Shown piece after piece: positions 14,664-22,348 of a stretch of 25,096 nucleotides of DNA. Every line of letters begins with the position of its first letter. The stretch's first letter is position 1. The notes under the pieces were generated by a model. That model was not told where the DNA came from. It was given only the letters and a program-made list of their open reading frames with translations, and searched no databases. Where the stretch lies: positions 1 through 25,096 of the forward strand of contig CAYNUR010000002.1 in assembly GCA_964400435.1 (NCBI GenBank), written 5' to 3'. The position numbers were made by a program, and so were the translations under genes. The stretch comes from an uncultured Candidatus Peribacteria bacterium. GTDB lineage: Bacteria; Patescibacteriota; Gracilibacteria; UBA1369; LOWO2-01-FULL-3.

Positions 14664-16202
14664 CTAATGTCTAAAGTATCTCCTCCCAGAAAACACCATC
14701 GCTAATCCTAACTCGTTAGCTCTTTTTATTACTTCGTCATCTCTAATAGATCCACCTGGTTGAATAATTGAGGTGACACCAAGCTCAGCAGCTTGTTCAA
14801 TTCCATCAGCAAATGGGAAAAATGCATCTGAAGCCATCACAGATCCTGGAATATTCTCTCCTCCCTTTCTGCCAGCAAGCCATACACTATCAACTCTCGA
14901 CATTTGACCCGCACCAATTCCTGTAACAGTTGTACCTTTTGCCATAACAATTGCATTTGATTTGACGTGTTTAGCTACTACGTTGGCAAATAACATAGAT
15001 TTTATTTCTTCTTCACTCGGTTTTTTCTCAGTAACAACTTTTAGATCGCTTTCACTTAACTTATAAGTGTCCTTAGTTTGAATCAAAATTCCACCAGCAA
15101 CTTTTTTGATATCAGTCTTCAAATGATCCAGTTTGAGTTCTCCAGTCCTTAGAATTCTTAAATTCTTTCTTTTCATTAACCTTTCTAGTGCTTTTTTCTC
15201 AAATGAAGGTGCAATAATTATCTCAACAAACATTTTTTCATCATTCATATAGTCAACAATTGCTTCATTTACTTCACGATTGACAGCAATTACACACCCA
15301 AATGCAGATAAAGAATCCACCTTATGCCCAGCTTTAAAAGCTTCTTCAATCGTAGAAGCAGTTGCCACTCCACAAGGGTTATTATGTTTAATAAAAACAG
15401 CTGCAGGCTCCTTGAATTCCTTAGCTAGTTCAAGTGCACTATCTCCATCAACTAAATTATTGAAAGACAATTGTTTACCATGTAACACTTCAGAATTAGT
15501 AATATTAGAGTCATGATTGTCAGGATTTCTAAAGAAAGCAGCTTTTTGATGAGGGTTTTCACCGTATCTTAGGCTCGCAACTTTTTCATAATGTAGACTC
15601 AAAAGTTCAGGTTCACCAAGACTCTCTCGCAAATAGTTTTCTATCATTGAGTCGTACCTTGCGGTGAGCGTAAATGCTTTTCTAGCAAGTTTCTTTCTTG
15701 TTTCAACTGATGTTTCACCATTTTTAGCAATCTCCTTCAAAACCAGTTCGTAGTCATTAGGATCTGTTAGAACAGTGACATGTGCAAAATTCTTTGCTGC
15801 ACTTCTAACCATGCTTGGTCCTCCAATGTCAATGTTTTCAATCGCTTCTTCCTCAGTTACTCCATCTTTTTTAATAGTTTCTTCAAATGGATAAAGGTTA
15901 ACTACAACCATATCAATCATTTGAACGTCATTCTGTTCAGCTGCACCCATATGCGATTGATCATTTCTCAAAGCCAAAATTCCTCCGTGAACCTTTGGAT
16001 GTAAAGTTTTAACTCTTCCTCCCATCATTTCTGGAAATCCAGTGTAGTCTGCAACATCAACCACATTTACTCCAGCCTCACGAATTTTATTTGCAGTACC
16101 ACCTGTTGAGAGAATTTCAATCCCTAAACTATCTATTTTTTTTGCAAGTTCAATAATCCCAGACTTATCTGAGACACTTATTAAAGCACGTTTAATCGCC
16201 AT
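14664..16202 (-). CDS. purH: Bifunctional AICAR transformylase / IMP cyclohydrolase
   Basis: RALISVSDK, GGRVKTLHP, IENIDIGGPSM, LRYGENPHQ, catalytic IKHNNPCG, GAGQMSRVDS, ASDAFFPF, QPGGSIRD, RYFRH. Confidence 0.98.
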   Translation of the reverse strand: MAIKRALISVSDKSGIIELAKKIDSLGIEILSTGGTANKIREAGVNVVDVADYTGFPEMMGGRVKTLHPKVHGGILALRNDQSHMGAAEQNDVQMIDMVVVNLYPFEETIKKDGVTEEEAIENIDIGGPSMVRSAAKNFAHVTVLTDPNDYELVLKEIAKNGETSVETRKKLARKAFTLTARYDSMIENYLRESLGEPELLSLHYEKVASLRYGENPHQKAAFFRNPDNHDSNITNSEVLHGKQLSFNNLVDGDSALELAKEFKEPAAVFIKHNNPCGVATASTIEEAFKAGHKVDSLSAFGCVIAVNREVNEAIVDYMNDEKMFVEIIIAPSFEKKALERLMKRKNLRILRTGELKLDHLKTDIKKVAGGILIQTKDTYKLSESDLKVVTEKKPSEEEIKSMLFANVVAKHVKSNAIVMAKGTTVTGIGAGQMSRVDSVWLAGRKGGENIPGSVMASDAFFPFADGIEQAAELGVTSIIQPGGSIRDDEVIKRANELGLAMVFSGRRYFRH

Positions 16203-16270
16203 AAATTAACTGATTAGATTTTTCTCGCCCCGCAACAAACGGCTTTGAAAAAGCCCTCTGCCGAAAAAGA

Positions 16271-16298
16271 ATTTTAATGAAAGAAAATTCAAAGTCAA
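16271..16298 (-). promoter_or_regulatory. Probable sigma70 promoter for purH
   Basis: Minus strand TTGACT-N16-TAAAAT, ~68 nt upstream of the ATG. Confidence 0.55.
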
Positions 16299-16334
16299 GC
16301 TCAAGCCAGAGTTATGAGTCTAATCAATCTTGAA

Positions 16335-16625
16335 TTATTTAACTGGATCATGACCACCTTTGCTGAAAGGATTACACTTCACAATCCGAATAATAGACAT
16401 TATTCCACCAACAACTAATCCATGTTTCTTTAGTGCCTCTATACAATATTGTGAGCAGGTGGGATAAAACTTACAGTAACCATTAGGAAACTTCTCTTTC
16501 ATTGGTCCATGGTCTGGAGAAAGAGTTTTTTGATATAGCTTCACAACCCCGATGGAGATTAATCTTGGAATTTTCCAAATAAACTTCAGAGTCAACTTAA
16601 TTGCAATCCACCAGCTTGTAAGCAT
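16335..16625 (-). CDS. yidD: Membrane protein insertion efficiency factor YidD
   Basis: [38 protein letters not shown]. Confidence 0.93.
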   Translation of the reverse strand: MLTSWWIAIKLTLKFIWKIPRLISIGVVKLYQKTLSPDHGPMKEKFPNGYCKFYPTCSQYCIEALKKHGLVVGGIMSIIRIVKCNPFSKGGHDPVK

Positions 16626-16648
16626 AAAATTTTTCTTAACTTTAAGGA

Positions 16649-16677
16649 ATTATAGCAAACAAGCACTCTTCAATCAA
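16649..16677 (-). promoter_or_regulatory. Sigma70 promoter for yidD
   Basis: Minus strand TTGATT-N17-TATAAT with extended TGn. Confidence 0.7.
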
Positions 16678-16710
16678 TTAAGCGCAATCATAGATCTTCA
16701 TCTTTCTAGT

Positions 16711-17880
16711 CTAGTAGTAGTAACCAGGATTTTTCTTAACTCCATTGTCGATTACTTCGAAATGAAGATGAATACCAGTAGCACCATATACTCTACCTGT
16801 ATTACCCATGATACCAATTACGTCACCTTGGTTAACCCATTGTCCAGGAGCTACGTTTACCGTATCAAGATGGGCATAATGAGATACTAGGCCATTTCCA
16901 TGATCAATATAGACATGGTTACCATATCCACCTCCATAAGTACCAGTAGAAACGCTAGAAACAGTACCTCCTCCAGCAGCCCAAATAGGTGGTTTACTTC
17001 TGTCTGCGATATCAAGAGCTAAATGACCTCCATGGTAACCTTGAGTAATCTTACCTCTAGTCGGGAAGATGAATGGTTTAGCCCCGACTGGAGCAGTGTT
17101 ATTTGCTGGAATTGATGAGAAATCAACAGTTCTAGTAGTTCCACCATCTCTAACAGTGTTGTCGTTCCTAATAATTGTAGGGTTACTAGCAATTATTTGT
17201 GGTGGTGGAGCAAGTGGTTCAGCTCCAGGTAAGAAGATTTGTTGACCTTTTACTACTGTTGCAGCACCTAACGCATTCTGTGCAATTATAGAGTCAGTTG
17301 AAATTTCGTATTCCTCAGAAATATTCTCTAATGTATCTCCTTTCTTCACTTCATAGCTAATTCCATCCACCGGTGGAACCATTAATTTTTGACCTGATTT
17401 AATAGAGTTTGCGTTACCAATTCCATTCTCCCACATAATGGTATCTACATTTACACCATATCTACTTGCTATCAATGACAATGTTTCTCCGCTTTCTACC
17501 GTATGAACAGCGTAATCAGTCATACCTACTCTATTTGAGTCATCAGTTTGTGGATTGATTTTAACTAGGTAGCCATATTCATCTGCAACTAAAATATCAC
17601 TAGGCATAGAATAAGACTCCATATACTCAACATCGTAAGCCACATAGCTTGATACAAAAGTTCCTCCAGGTGTAATTGCACTAGAAACAATAGCCGCTAG
17701 GGCAATAGCACTAGTTTGAAAAAGAATTTTTCCTTGAGGAGTTACAGGAATTAAATCTCCTGCTGCACTTTTTAAACCTCTAAAAACACCAACAGTTTTT
17801 GATACTGCTGGTAGCTCACCAATTTTAGTCAGCCCCTTTGAGGCAGACTTAATCGCACTATATAAGTGCATTCTAACCAA
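16711..17880 (-). CDS. LysM x2 + M23 family metalloendopeptidase (cell-wall hydrolase); reading frame stays open upstream to 17964+
   Basis: LysM repeats HTVESGETLSLIASRYGV and YEVKKGDTLENISEEY; M23 zinc motifs HLALD and HLHFE, YAHL; N-terminal hydrophobic segment. Confidence 0.92.
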   Translation of the reverse strand: MVRMHLYSAIKSASKGLTKIGELPAVSKTVGVFRGLKSAAGDLIPVTPQGKILFQTSAIALAAIVSSAITPGGTFVSSYVAYDVEYMESYSMPSDILVADEYGYLVKINPQTDDSNRVGMTDYAVHTVESGETLSLIASRYGVNVDTIMWENGIGNANSIKSGQKLMVPPVDGISYEVKKGDTLENISEEYEISTDSIIAQNALGAATVVKGQQIFLPGAEPLAPPPQIIASNPTIIRNDNTVRDGGTTRTVDFSSIPANNTAPVGAKPFIFPTRGKITQGYHGGHLALDIADRSKPPIWAAGGGTVSSVSTGTYGGGYGNHVYIDHGNGLVSHYAHLDTVNVAPGQWVNQGDVIGIMGNTGRVYGATGIHLHFEVIDNGVKKNPGYYY

Positions 17881-18114
17881 AACTCTTCTAGAAAAATTGC
17901 GTAAATGACGCGATTTTCTAGCGAATTTATTAACTTCTAATGTTTCAATATTTGTAGTTTCTATAACTTTGGTCCTCCGTAGTTAACGTATACCCTCCCA
18001 AGTATTACGCGGCAGACAGCGCCTTTTAATTTCGAGGAAAATGTTATTTCTCCCTAAATTATTACTTAATATTCTCTGAGTTTCAAGATCTACACCATTG
18101 ACAATTCAGTGTCT

Positions 18115-18142
18115 ATGTTATATTAACGTGTTTAAAAGTCAA
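18115..18142 (-). promoter_or_regulatory. Possible sigma70 promoter for the LysM-M23 gene
   Basis: Minus strand TTGACT-N16-TAACAT; overlaps a plus-strand TTGACA (18098)...TGnTATATT (18119-18124) candidate. Confidence 0.4.
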
Positions 18143-18263
18143 TATAAAAAATCCTCAATACTTAGTCTCTTAGATATTAAACTGTTCCCTAAATATTTAC
18201 ACCTTAAAATTCTAATCAAATTTTAAGGCCTTGACTTTTGTAGCGTCACGTTTTGTTTTACTA

Positions 18264-18292
18264 TTGCTTAAAGGTTTTCATTCTGTTAGATT
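18264..18292 (+). promoter_or_regulatory. Probable sigma70 promoter for rpsF-ssb-rpsR
   Basis: TTGCTT-N17-TAGATT with extended TGn. Confidence 0.55.
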
Positions 18293-18362
18293 CCCATTAC
18301 TCTTATTGTTTTCTGTTCTACATGAAATCGAGTAATGTAGGGCTATTAACCCAAAGAAAACC

Positions 18363-18926
18363 ATGAATATTAAAGATTCTATGAGCTACGAGCTCATGCT
18401 CCTGTATTTCCCAGATTTAGGAGAAAAAGGTCAGAAAGAAGCACTAGATGAAGCAAGAAACCTTCTTACTTCCAACGGTGCAGAGATCACACATGAAGAC
18501 ATCTGGGGACTTCGTGATCTAGCTTACAGAATTAAAAAACAAGACCAAGGTTATTATGCGGTCTTGAATTTTAACTTGGAAAAAGGTGAAAACCTTCCAG
18601 AGATTGTAGAATCTCTAAATCTTGATCAGTCTATTATTAGACACCTTTTGATTAAGACTCCAAAAAACTACCAACTTACAACTTTAGCTGAATACCAAGC
18701 TGCAGCTGCAGAAGAGGAAGCTGAAGAAGAAAAAAAACAGGCTGAAAAAAGAAAATCTTCTCCAAAGCCAAAAAAGAAAGAAGTAAAAAAAGAAAAGCCA
18801 AAATCTTCACCAAAAAAAGAAGATCAGTCTGAAAAATCTGAAAAGAAAGAAGAATCAAAAGGAAAATTAGAAGAAGTTGATAAAAAGCTAAAAAGCATTA
18901 TCAATGATCCTGATATCAGTATTTAA
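18363..18926 (+). CDS. rpsF: 30S ribosomal protein S6 with long charged C-terminal extension
   Basis: YELMLL, WGLRDLAYRIKK..QGYYAVLNF, IIRHLLIK; position upstream of ssb-rpsR. Confidence 0.95.
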   Translation: MNIKDSMSYELMLLYFPDLGEKGQKEALDEARNLLTSNGAEITHEDIWGLRDLAYRIKKQDQGYYAVLNFNLEKGENLPEIVESLNLDQSIIRHLLIKTPKNYQLTTLAEYQAAAAEEEAEEEKKQAEKRKSSPKPKKKEVKKEKPKSSPKKEDQSEKSEKKEESKGKLEEVDKKLKSIINDPDISI

Positions 18927-18944
18927 CTAACTTAATCAAAGAAA

Positions 18945-19373
18945 ATGAGATCAGTAAATAAAGTTATTCTAATTGGAAATCTGACAAGAGATCCTGTAAT
19001 GAAAACAACTCAAAGTGGTCAAACAATTACAACTTTTGGAATTGCTACTAACCGAGAATGGGTAACTAGTGATAGCGACCATAAGAAATCAACTGAATTT
19101 CACGAAATCGTAGCATGGGCTAAACTTGCTGAAATCTGTAATAAATACCTTAAAAAAGGAAAATTAGTATATATTGAAGGTTACATCAAAAGAAGAAGCT
19201 GGGACAGTGAAGAAGGGGAAAAAAGATATAGAACTGAAATCGTTATGCAAGATATGATCATGCTTAACAAAAAAGGTTCTGGATCTGATGACATGGAATA
19301 TGATTCAGAAATGGATGATGATTCAATGTCTCATGATGATTCTTCTGAAGAAGGTGATGAAAACCTATTTTAA
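18945..19373 (+). CDS. ssb: Single-stranded DNA-binding protein
   Basis: VNKVILIGNLTRDP, TEFHEIVAWAKLAE, KGKLVYIEG, acidic tail ending in LF. Confidence 0.97.
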   Translation: MRSVNKVILIGNLTRDPVMKTTQSGQTITTFGIATNREWVTSDSDHKKSTEFHEIVAWAKLAEICNKYLKKGKLVYIEGYIKRRSWDSEEGEKRYRTEIVMQDMIMLNKKGSGSDDMEYDSEMDDDSMSHDDSSEEGDENLF

Positions 19374-19392
19374 ATTTTAACTTCAACTAATC

Positions 19393-19611
19393 ATGCCAAC
19401 ATACAAAGGAAGAAAGTGTTATTTCACTCAAAACGATATTGAATATATCGATTACAAAAATATCAAACTATTGAAGAGATTCATTTCTCAATATAAAAAG
19501 ATTGTTCCAAAATACTACAGCGGAACAAGTCTAAAACACCAAAAGAGACTGGCAAAAGCCGTAAAAAACGCTAGATATATGGGGTTACTTCCATACACTA
19601 CTGGACAGTAA
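19393..19611 (+). CDS. rpsR: 30S ribosomal protein S18
   Basis: IDYKNIKLLKRFIS...KIVP...GT..KHQKRLAKAVKNARYMGLLPY. Confidence 0.96.
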   Translation: MPTYKGRKCYFTQNDIEYIDYKNIKLLKRFISQYKKIVPKYYSGTSLKHQKRLAKAVKNARYMGLLPYTTGQ

Positions 19612-19629
19612 ATTACCGATATCATCATC

Positions 19630-19662
19630 AAAAAAAGAGGTGCAATATGTGCCTCTTTTTTT
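19630..19662 (+). terminator. Intrinsic terminator after rpsR
   Basis: AAAAAAAGAGGTGCA-ATA-TGTGCCTCTTTTTTT stem (two G-U pairs) with U tract. Confidence 0.85.
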
Positions 19663-19702
19663 ATTATCTTTCTGATTTTAAGACTAATGAATTGGTAAAG
19701 AA

Positions 19703-19731
19703 TTGAAAAAAATACAAACTTTTGCTATAAT
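19703..19731 (+). promoter_or_regulatory. Strong consensus sigma70 promoter for the right-hand membrane-protein operon
   Basis: TTGAAA-N17-TATAAT with extended TGn. Confidence 0.75.
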
Positions 19732-19754
19732 TAGGAGATTAAATCCAGAGGGAA

Positions 19755-20309
19755 ATGTTAAAAAAAATAAAAACCAAAATAAAAGATAAGAAAAAGCTTA
19801 AAAAAGCTCGCAAGAACGAGTCAAAAAGCAATTCAACTGCCTTTGATAATGCGGATATAAAATGGACTGCTCCAGAGTATATCAAGCATGAGAAAGGTAA
19901 AGTCTGGTATGCAGTTGCTATTGGAATTACCCTTATTACGGCCATACTTGGAGTTTATTACCAAGCTTGGACTTTTTCACTAGCAATCATCACATTTGCG
20001 ATCGTTTATTACATCGTAAACTTAGAGCACCCTGAAAACATAGACATAAAGGTTTCCAAAATAGGAGTTAAAGTAGGTAACAAGAAGTATTCCTTTGGAG
20101 AAATTCAAAGTTTTTGGATTCTTTATGATCCTCCATATTTGAATACCTTAAACATCAAGATTAAAGATAAATTCCTCACGGATATTGCAATTCAATTAAA
20201 TGACCAAAATCCTGCAGAAGTAAGGGAGTATTTAATTAGAAAAATACCAGAGCTTGAAGGTAAATCTGAACATTTTAGCGACGTGCTATTAAGAATTTTT
20301 AAACTCTAG
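19755..20309 (+). CDS. Hypothetical membrane protein: basic N-terminus, two TM helices, small C-terminal beta-rich (PH-like) domain
   Basis: WTAPEY..HEK...WY before a TM hairpin, then GVKVGNKKYSFGEIQSFWI; resembles a Patescibacteria-conserved family (recalled, not searched); GAGG upstream of ATG. Confidence 0.6.
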   Translation: MLKKIKTKIKDKKKLKKARKNESKSNSTAFDNADIKWTAPEYIKHEKGKVWYAVAIGITLITAILGVYYQAWTFSLAIITFAIVYYIVNLEHPENIDIKVSKIGVKVGNKKYSFGEIQSFWILYDPPYLNTLNIKIKDKFLTDIAIQLNDQNPAEVREYLIRKIPELEGKSEHFSDVLLRIFKL

Positions 20310-20310
20310 A

Positions 20311-21945
20311 ATGACCAATCCAAATAAACCAAAAGCCAGTCCAGAAGCTTCACCTGATGAGAATGTAAATTCTCAGACACCTGCCCTAAAGTCAAATATT
20401 GATGATGAAGTTACAAATGAATTATTGCGTAGCAGTGAAAAAGACGAGCTGCAGGATGAATCTGCATCTGCAGTAGATACTCAAGAAGAAGGCACGATTG
20501 ATAAAGCTAAATTAAAGTTAGTTCATGTTGGTGAAGCCGATAAAATTGTTAGAGACGCAATTGCAAATGCAAGACGATTAAATAATGGAGAGTTAGGAGA
20601 TAAACTAAAATTAGATAAAAATCATCAAAGAGTTGCTCAATCCCTCCCTGAAATAAAATACAAACTAAATTCAAGAGTGAACGATATTGAAGATTATTGG
20701 ATACAAGAATCAGGGAAGCTTGTTGAAAAAATCCAAGAAAAACAAGGAACTCTAGAAGAGCTGATAAATCTAAGAAAATATTGTGAAGAAGAATTAGAGA
20801 AAAATGTAGAAACAATAGCCTTTTTAATTGAAGATATAAGCAATGGTTCATACATTACAGAAGAAATCCTTCTAGAAATGGAGAAACGTTTCGATGAGCT
20901 AGAAGATATTATGACTAGCCAAGCAAACGGAGAACTCAGAGAGACACTGGATTGGGCTATTGGAAACGTAAAAGAAGGAGCAAAGGATAGCCCAGAGTTA
21001 AAATCAAAAAACTTCACTAAGTTATCTAACAATTTGCAAAATCCAAATAGTGAGAAAGCTGAACTTTCTTGGTTTATTTTGAGCAATCTTAGCTACAATC
21101 AAAAAATGGATTTTATTAATTTCCATTTTAAGAGATCTGCTCAAACTAATGCAGAAAGATTGGCATTTCTAGACAGTGGTATCAAAGAAGGCGTAATTCA
21201 TCCTGGAATGGCAGAAATTATCGGAGAAAAGTATGGAGTTTCCATGTCTCAAGACAAGATAAAAAGTTATGAACAGACTTATGAAATGGTTTGGAATACA
21301 AAAAAACAAGCTAAAAAGGTCTTTAAAACAGTATATCTCGGAAAAAATGCAGCCGGAGAAATGATTACAGGTAAAAATGCCGTAAAATTTGCAGTTCAAG
21401 CAGCAGCAACTGCAACACTAGTTGGAAATGTCTTAGTTGCATTTATGGCAAAAAATCCAGAATCAATTGGAACAAATCCATATGTTTATGCCTCAACTGG
21501 AGTATTAGTGGCGACTAGTCAACCGTCCCTTTCTCAGTTCTTTGAGCCAAAAGAGAGCCGTGAACATAACAGGAAAAATCAATTACTAAATGACTTATTG
21601 CACCTAGATCTAGACAGTAGTTTTGCAAGATCAAATGGTTTCTTTGCCTCAAACAAAACACCAAATCTTCATTCATTCAGTGAATTTGTAATCGACATTA
21701 AACAAAAAAATGACGGAAAAATTGTAGATAAAGAAATCACAAAAGATAAATTCTTAAGTTTTTTAAAAGAAAAACCCGCATATTCAAGGTTGATTCCAAG
21801 CTTAGAATCAGCAAGTTTCGATGACAAAAAACTAAAAAACTTTGCTCATATTTTTGAAGAATTCAACATTTATGGCTCAAACCCAAATTTAACAAGAGAA
21901 ACTTACAATAAATATTTAGATCAAGCTAAAGAACAAAACAACTAA
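20311..21945 (+). CDS. Hypothetical protein, largely helical/coiled-coil with two short hydrophobic segments in the C-terminal half
   Basis: 544-codon ORF, 1-bp gaps to both neighbours; no recognisable family. Confidence 0.7.
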   Translation: MTNPNKPKASPEASPDENVNSQTPALKSNIDDEVTNELLRSSEKDELQDESASAVDTQEEGTIDKAKLKLVHVGEADKIVRDAIANARRLNNGELGDKLKLDKNHQRVAQSLPEIKYKLNSRVNDIEDYWIQESGKLVEKIQEKQGTLEELINLRKYCEEELEKNVETIAFLIEDISNGSYITEEILLEMEKRFDELEDIMTSQANGELRETLDWAIGNVKEGAKDSPELKSKNFTKLSNNLQNPNSEKAELSWFILSNLSYNQKMDFINFHFKRSAQTNAERLAFLDSGIKEGVIHPGMAEIIGEKYGVSMSQDKIKSYEQTYEMVWNTKKQAKKVFKTVYLGKNAAGEMITGKNAVKFAVQAAATATLVGNVLVAFMAKNPESIGTNPYVYASTGVLVATSQPSLSQFFEPKESREHNRKNQLLNDLLHLDLDSSFARSNGFFASNKTPNLHSFSEFVIDIKQKNDGKIVDKEITKDKFLSFLKEKPAYSRLIPSLESASFDDKKLKNFAHIFEEFNIYGSNPNLTRETYNKYLDQAKEQNN

Positions 21946-21946
21946 A

Positions 21947-22327
21947 ATGGAAAGAAATAAAAATCTAGAATTACAGGAAAAAGCCATAGAAGAAAAACGT
22001 AAACAGGCTTTTAAAAAAGCAGAGGAAGAAGCTGTAATGGTTCAAAGATTACAGACAGCCCAACTACAACAAGCAGCAGAACAAGAATTACAAAGAAGAA
22101 TAATTGTACAAGCAGCACTACAGAAAGCTCAATTGCAAGCAGCAAAAGCCAAAGCAGCAGAAGATGAAAGAAAAAAGAAAAACCCAGCAAGAAAACTGGC
22201 AAAAAAAGTACTTTGGTGGACAGCAGGAATTCCATCAGGAATGGGAATAATCTCAATTTTGTCTGGAGAACCATCCGTAGAAACAGCAAGTCTACCAATA
22301 GAATTCCTTAAAAATTTCCTAGCTTAA
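21947..22327 (+). CDS. Hypothetical Q/A/K-rich coiled-coil protein with a C-terminal TM segment
   Basis: 126-codon ORF in operon; VLWWTAGIPSGMGIISIL hydrophobic segment. Confidence 0.7.
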   Translation: MERNKNLELQEKAIEEKRKQAFKKAEEEAVMVQRLQTAQLQQAAEQELQRRIIVQAALQKAQLQAAKAKAAEDERKKKNPARKLAKKVLWWTAGIPSGMGIISILSGEPSVETASLPIEFLKNFLA

Positions 22328-22348
22328 AAAAGCAAAATAAAAACCAAA

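Noticed and set aside
16203-16334. Canonical ZTP (pfl) riboswitch upstream of purH
   Set aside because: The conserved 5' GACUG(G/A)CG and 3' CCG(C/U)CUGGGC elements are not present; kept only as an unknown structured leader
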